Shown here: positions 60,424 to 64,000 of the stretch, piece by piece | How positions within the stretch are numbered: the stretch's first letter is position 1 | How the letters are laid out: the number at the start of each line of letters is the position of its first letter | From: Candidatus Latescibacterota bacterium | GTDB lineage: Bacteria; Latescibacterota; UBA2968; GCA-2709665 | Assembly: GCA_965248435.1 (NCBI GenBank) | Contig: OZ252100.1 | Location: 1,952,001 to 2,016,000, forward strand | Reading direction: 5' to 3' | Length of the DNA stretch: 64,000 bases | Program-made: the position numbers and the translations under genes | Notes under the pieces: model-generated | Seen by the model: only the letters and a program-made list of their open reading frames with translations | Told to the model about the DNA's origin: nothing | Databases searched by the model: none

Positions 60424-61386
60424 TCACTCCCCCAGGTCTAACAATGCGGATACTTCGACATTCCCGGCTTCCAGGTCCTCATTCAGCTGGGCCGCACGGA
60501 TCAGCGTGGCCGACTCGCCCCCGAGTCCGAAAAGCGAATTCAGCAAGTCCTTACGATTAACGCCCAGGCCTCCTGGCTTGTCGATCCACAGAACCCCCAA
60601 TGGCTCTTCCCCATAAAGGATGGGGACCATGGCCTCCTCGTCCTCTCCCGTCCGGGGTTTGCTGTCCAGATAGGTCTCCGCAACCGGCGAACCCCCCTCC
60701 CCGATGGGAATCTTCTCCTGTCCTCCCAGCTGTGCTTCATCCTGAATCGCGCCTGGACCGGAAAACCCGATGGCCGCCTTCATCTCCAACCTCTTCCCTT
60801 CAGCATCAGGCCGATAGATAGCAGCCTTTTCCACACTCAACACATCCCCAACGACGTGAAGGGTAGCTTCATAGGCCTCTATCAGCGTCGGAGTGGAATT
60901 CTGCAGATGGGTGAGTTTGTCGCGCCCGTCCAGCTCCCGCACACGGTGGTGGAGCTGAGCCGTCCTCTTCTCGACGAGATGTTCCAGCTCTTGCTGTAAA
61001 TGGTAGACCGTGAGGTGTGTGTTCACGCGCGTCAGAAGCTCGATCGTGTTGAACGGTTTTGTCACATAATCCACCGCGCCCAGCTCGAATCCCTTCACCA
61101 CGTCGTCGGTCTCGACCTTTGCGGTCAGAAAGATGATGGGGATCTCCTCTGTCTCGGGATTCTCCTTGAGCTGCTTGCAGGCCTCGAACCCGTCCATCAC
61201 CGGCATCATCACGTCGAGCAGGATCAGGTCGGGATGAACCTTCCCCACGACATCGAGGGCCTGTTGGCCGTTCTGGGCGACGTTGATCTGATACCCTTCC
61301 TCCTTCAACACGGTGCCCAGCACCTGGATGTTCTTTACCGTGTCATCCACGATCAGGATCCGCGACCCCTTGTTCTCTAAATTCAT
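60424..61386 (-). CDS. Response regulator REC + C-terminal GAF-like domain, no enzymatic or DNA-binding output
   Basis: REC KNIQVLGT...LLDVMMP, then AAIYRPD..RLEMKAAIG..MVPILYGEEPLGVLWID. Confidence 0.85.
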   Translation of the reverse strand: MNLENKGSRILIVDDTVKNIQVLGTVLKEEGYQINVAQNGQQALDVVGKVHPDLILLDVMMPVMDGFEACKQLKENPETEEIPIIFLTAKVETDDVVKGFELGAVDYVTKPFNTIELLTRVNTHLTVYHLQQELEHLVEKRTAQLHHRVRELDGRDKLTHLQNSTPTLIEAYEATLHVVGDVLSVEKAAIYRPDAEGKRLEMKAAIGFSGPGAIQDEAQLGGQEKIPIGEGGSPVAETYLDSKPRTGEDEEAMVPILYGEEPLGVLWIDKPGGLGVNRKDLLNSLFGLGGESATLIRAAQLNEDLEAGNVEVSALLDLGE

Positions 61387-61424
61387 GTCTGCTTCTCCTG
61401 TATGACTTTAGATGCGGATCGAAC

Positions 61425-62450
<1,026 letters not shown>

Positions 62451-62511
62451 ACTCGGAACTCCGTTTGGGTTGTTTTTGAGAGCCGCCAAGCCATTTTTCG
62501 GCAGGATTTGT

Positions 62512-62540
62512 AATATATCCCTGTTATCCTGAAAAATCAA
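62512..62540 (-). promoter_or_regulatory. Sigma70-type promoter at the head of the signalling island
   Basis: Minus strand TTGATT-N17-TATATT. Confidence 0.65.
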
Positions 62541-62670
62541 CCTCTTAGACGATTCTCGCACCCACTGGCGGACCCCGTCGATTCAATCCCGTATCCCGCC
62601 ATTAGAGGACTTTCACCGCAGGGCTCTGCAACCTGCCTGGTGTATACGTATCTCAGAATGATCGCCAAAA

Positions 62671-62710
62671 TCCCCTCCTGGGAGGGGTGTCCCGGAGGGA
62701 CGGGGTGGGT
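62671..62710. repeat. REP-like palindromic element
   Basis: TCCCCTCC-TG-GGAGGGG followed by GTCCC-GGA-GGGAC and GGGGTGGGT. Single copy in this window. Confidence 0.45.
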
Positions 62711-62755
62711 TACGAGGAGGGGACGGGTCAGGCACTTTGTTTCGGTGAAGCACAC

Positions 62756-62790
62756 AAAAAAACCCCTCCGGCGTGTTGCCGAAGGGGTTT
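62756..62790 (-). terminator. Rho-independent terminator after the OmpA-family gene
   Basis: Minus strand AAACCCCTTCGGC-AACAC-GCCGGAGGGGTTT followed by TTTT. Confidence 0.85.
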
Positions 62791-62818
62791 CGTTTTAGAT
62801 CACGCTGTGAGACGTGTA

Positions 62819-64000
<1,182 letters not shown>

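Overview
Bacterial chromosomal window, GC-rich, with no rRNA, tRNA, CRISPR array or transposase that I can see. A dockerin-like DxNGxGxVDFxDF tag suggests a Latescibacterota-like lineage (inference only). The left half (1-29.7 kb) is mixed housekeeping and envelope genes: TPR-fused GT-C glycosyltransferases, two-component proteins, rsmD, an HDOD protein, thiT, an Fe3+/thiamine-type ABC transporter, sugar epimerases, a UbiD-family decarboxylase, a MocA-like nucleotidyltransferase and a GH106-like protein. The right half (62450 down to 29770) is a co-directional run of 16 genes, about 32.7 kb, forming a signalling island. It holds three paralogous receivers with different outputs, FapA, TorT, a TonB-dependent receptor and four sensor kinases that share a His-less pseudo-Hpt tail. 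The most unusual part is four membrane receptors with different sensor domains that all stop right after a shared coiled-coil+GAF module and have no output domain. They lie directly upstream of the one kinase that carries the same GAF. This may be an undescribed system of GAF-docked satellite receptors or swappable sensor cassettes. A deleted-kinase relic in the array shows that gene decay is a real alternative explanation.
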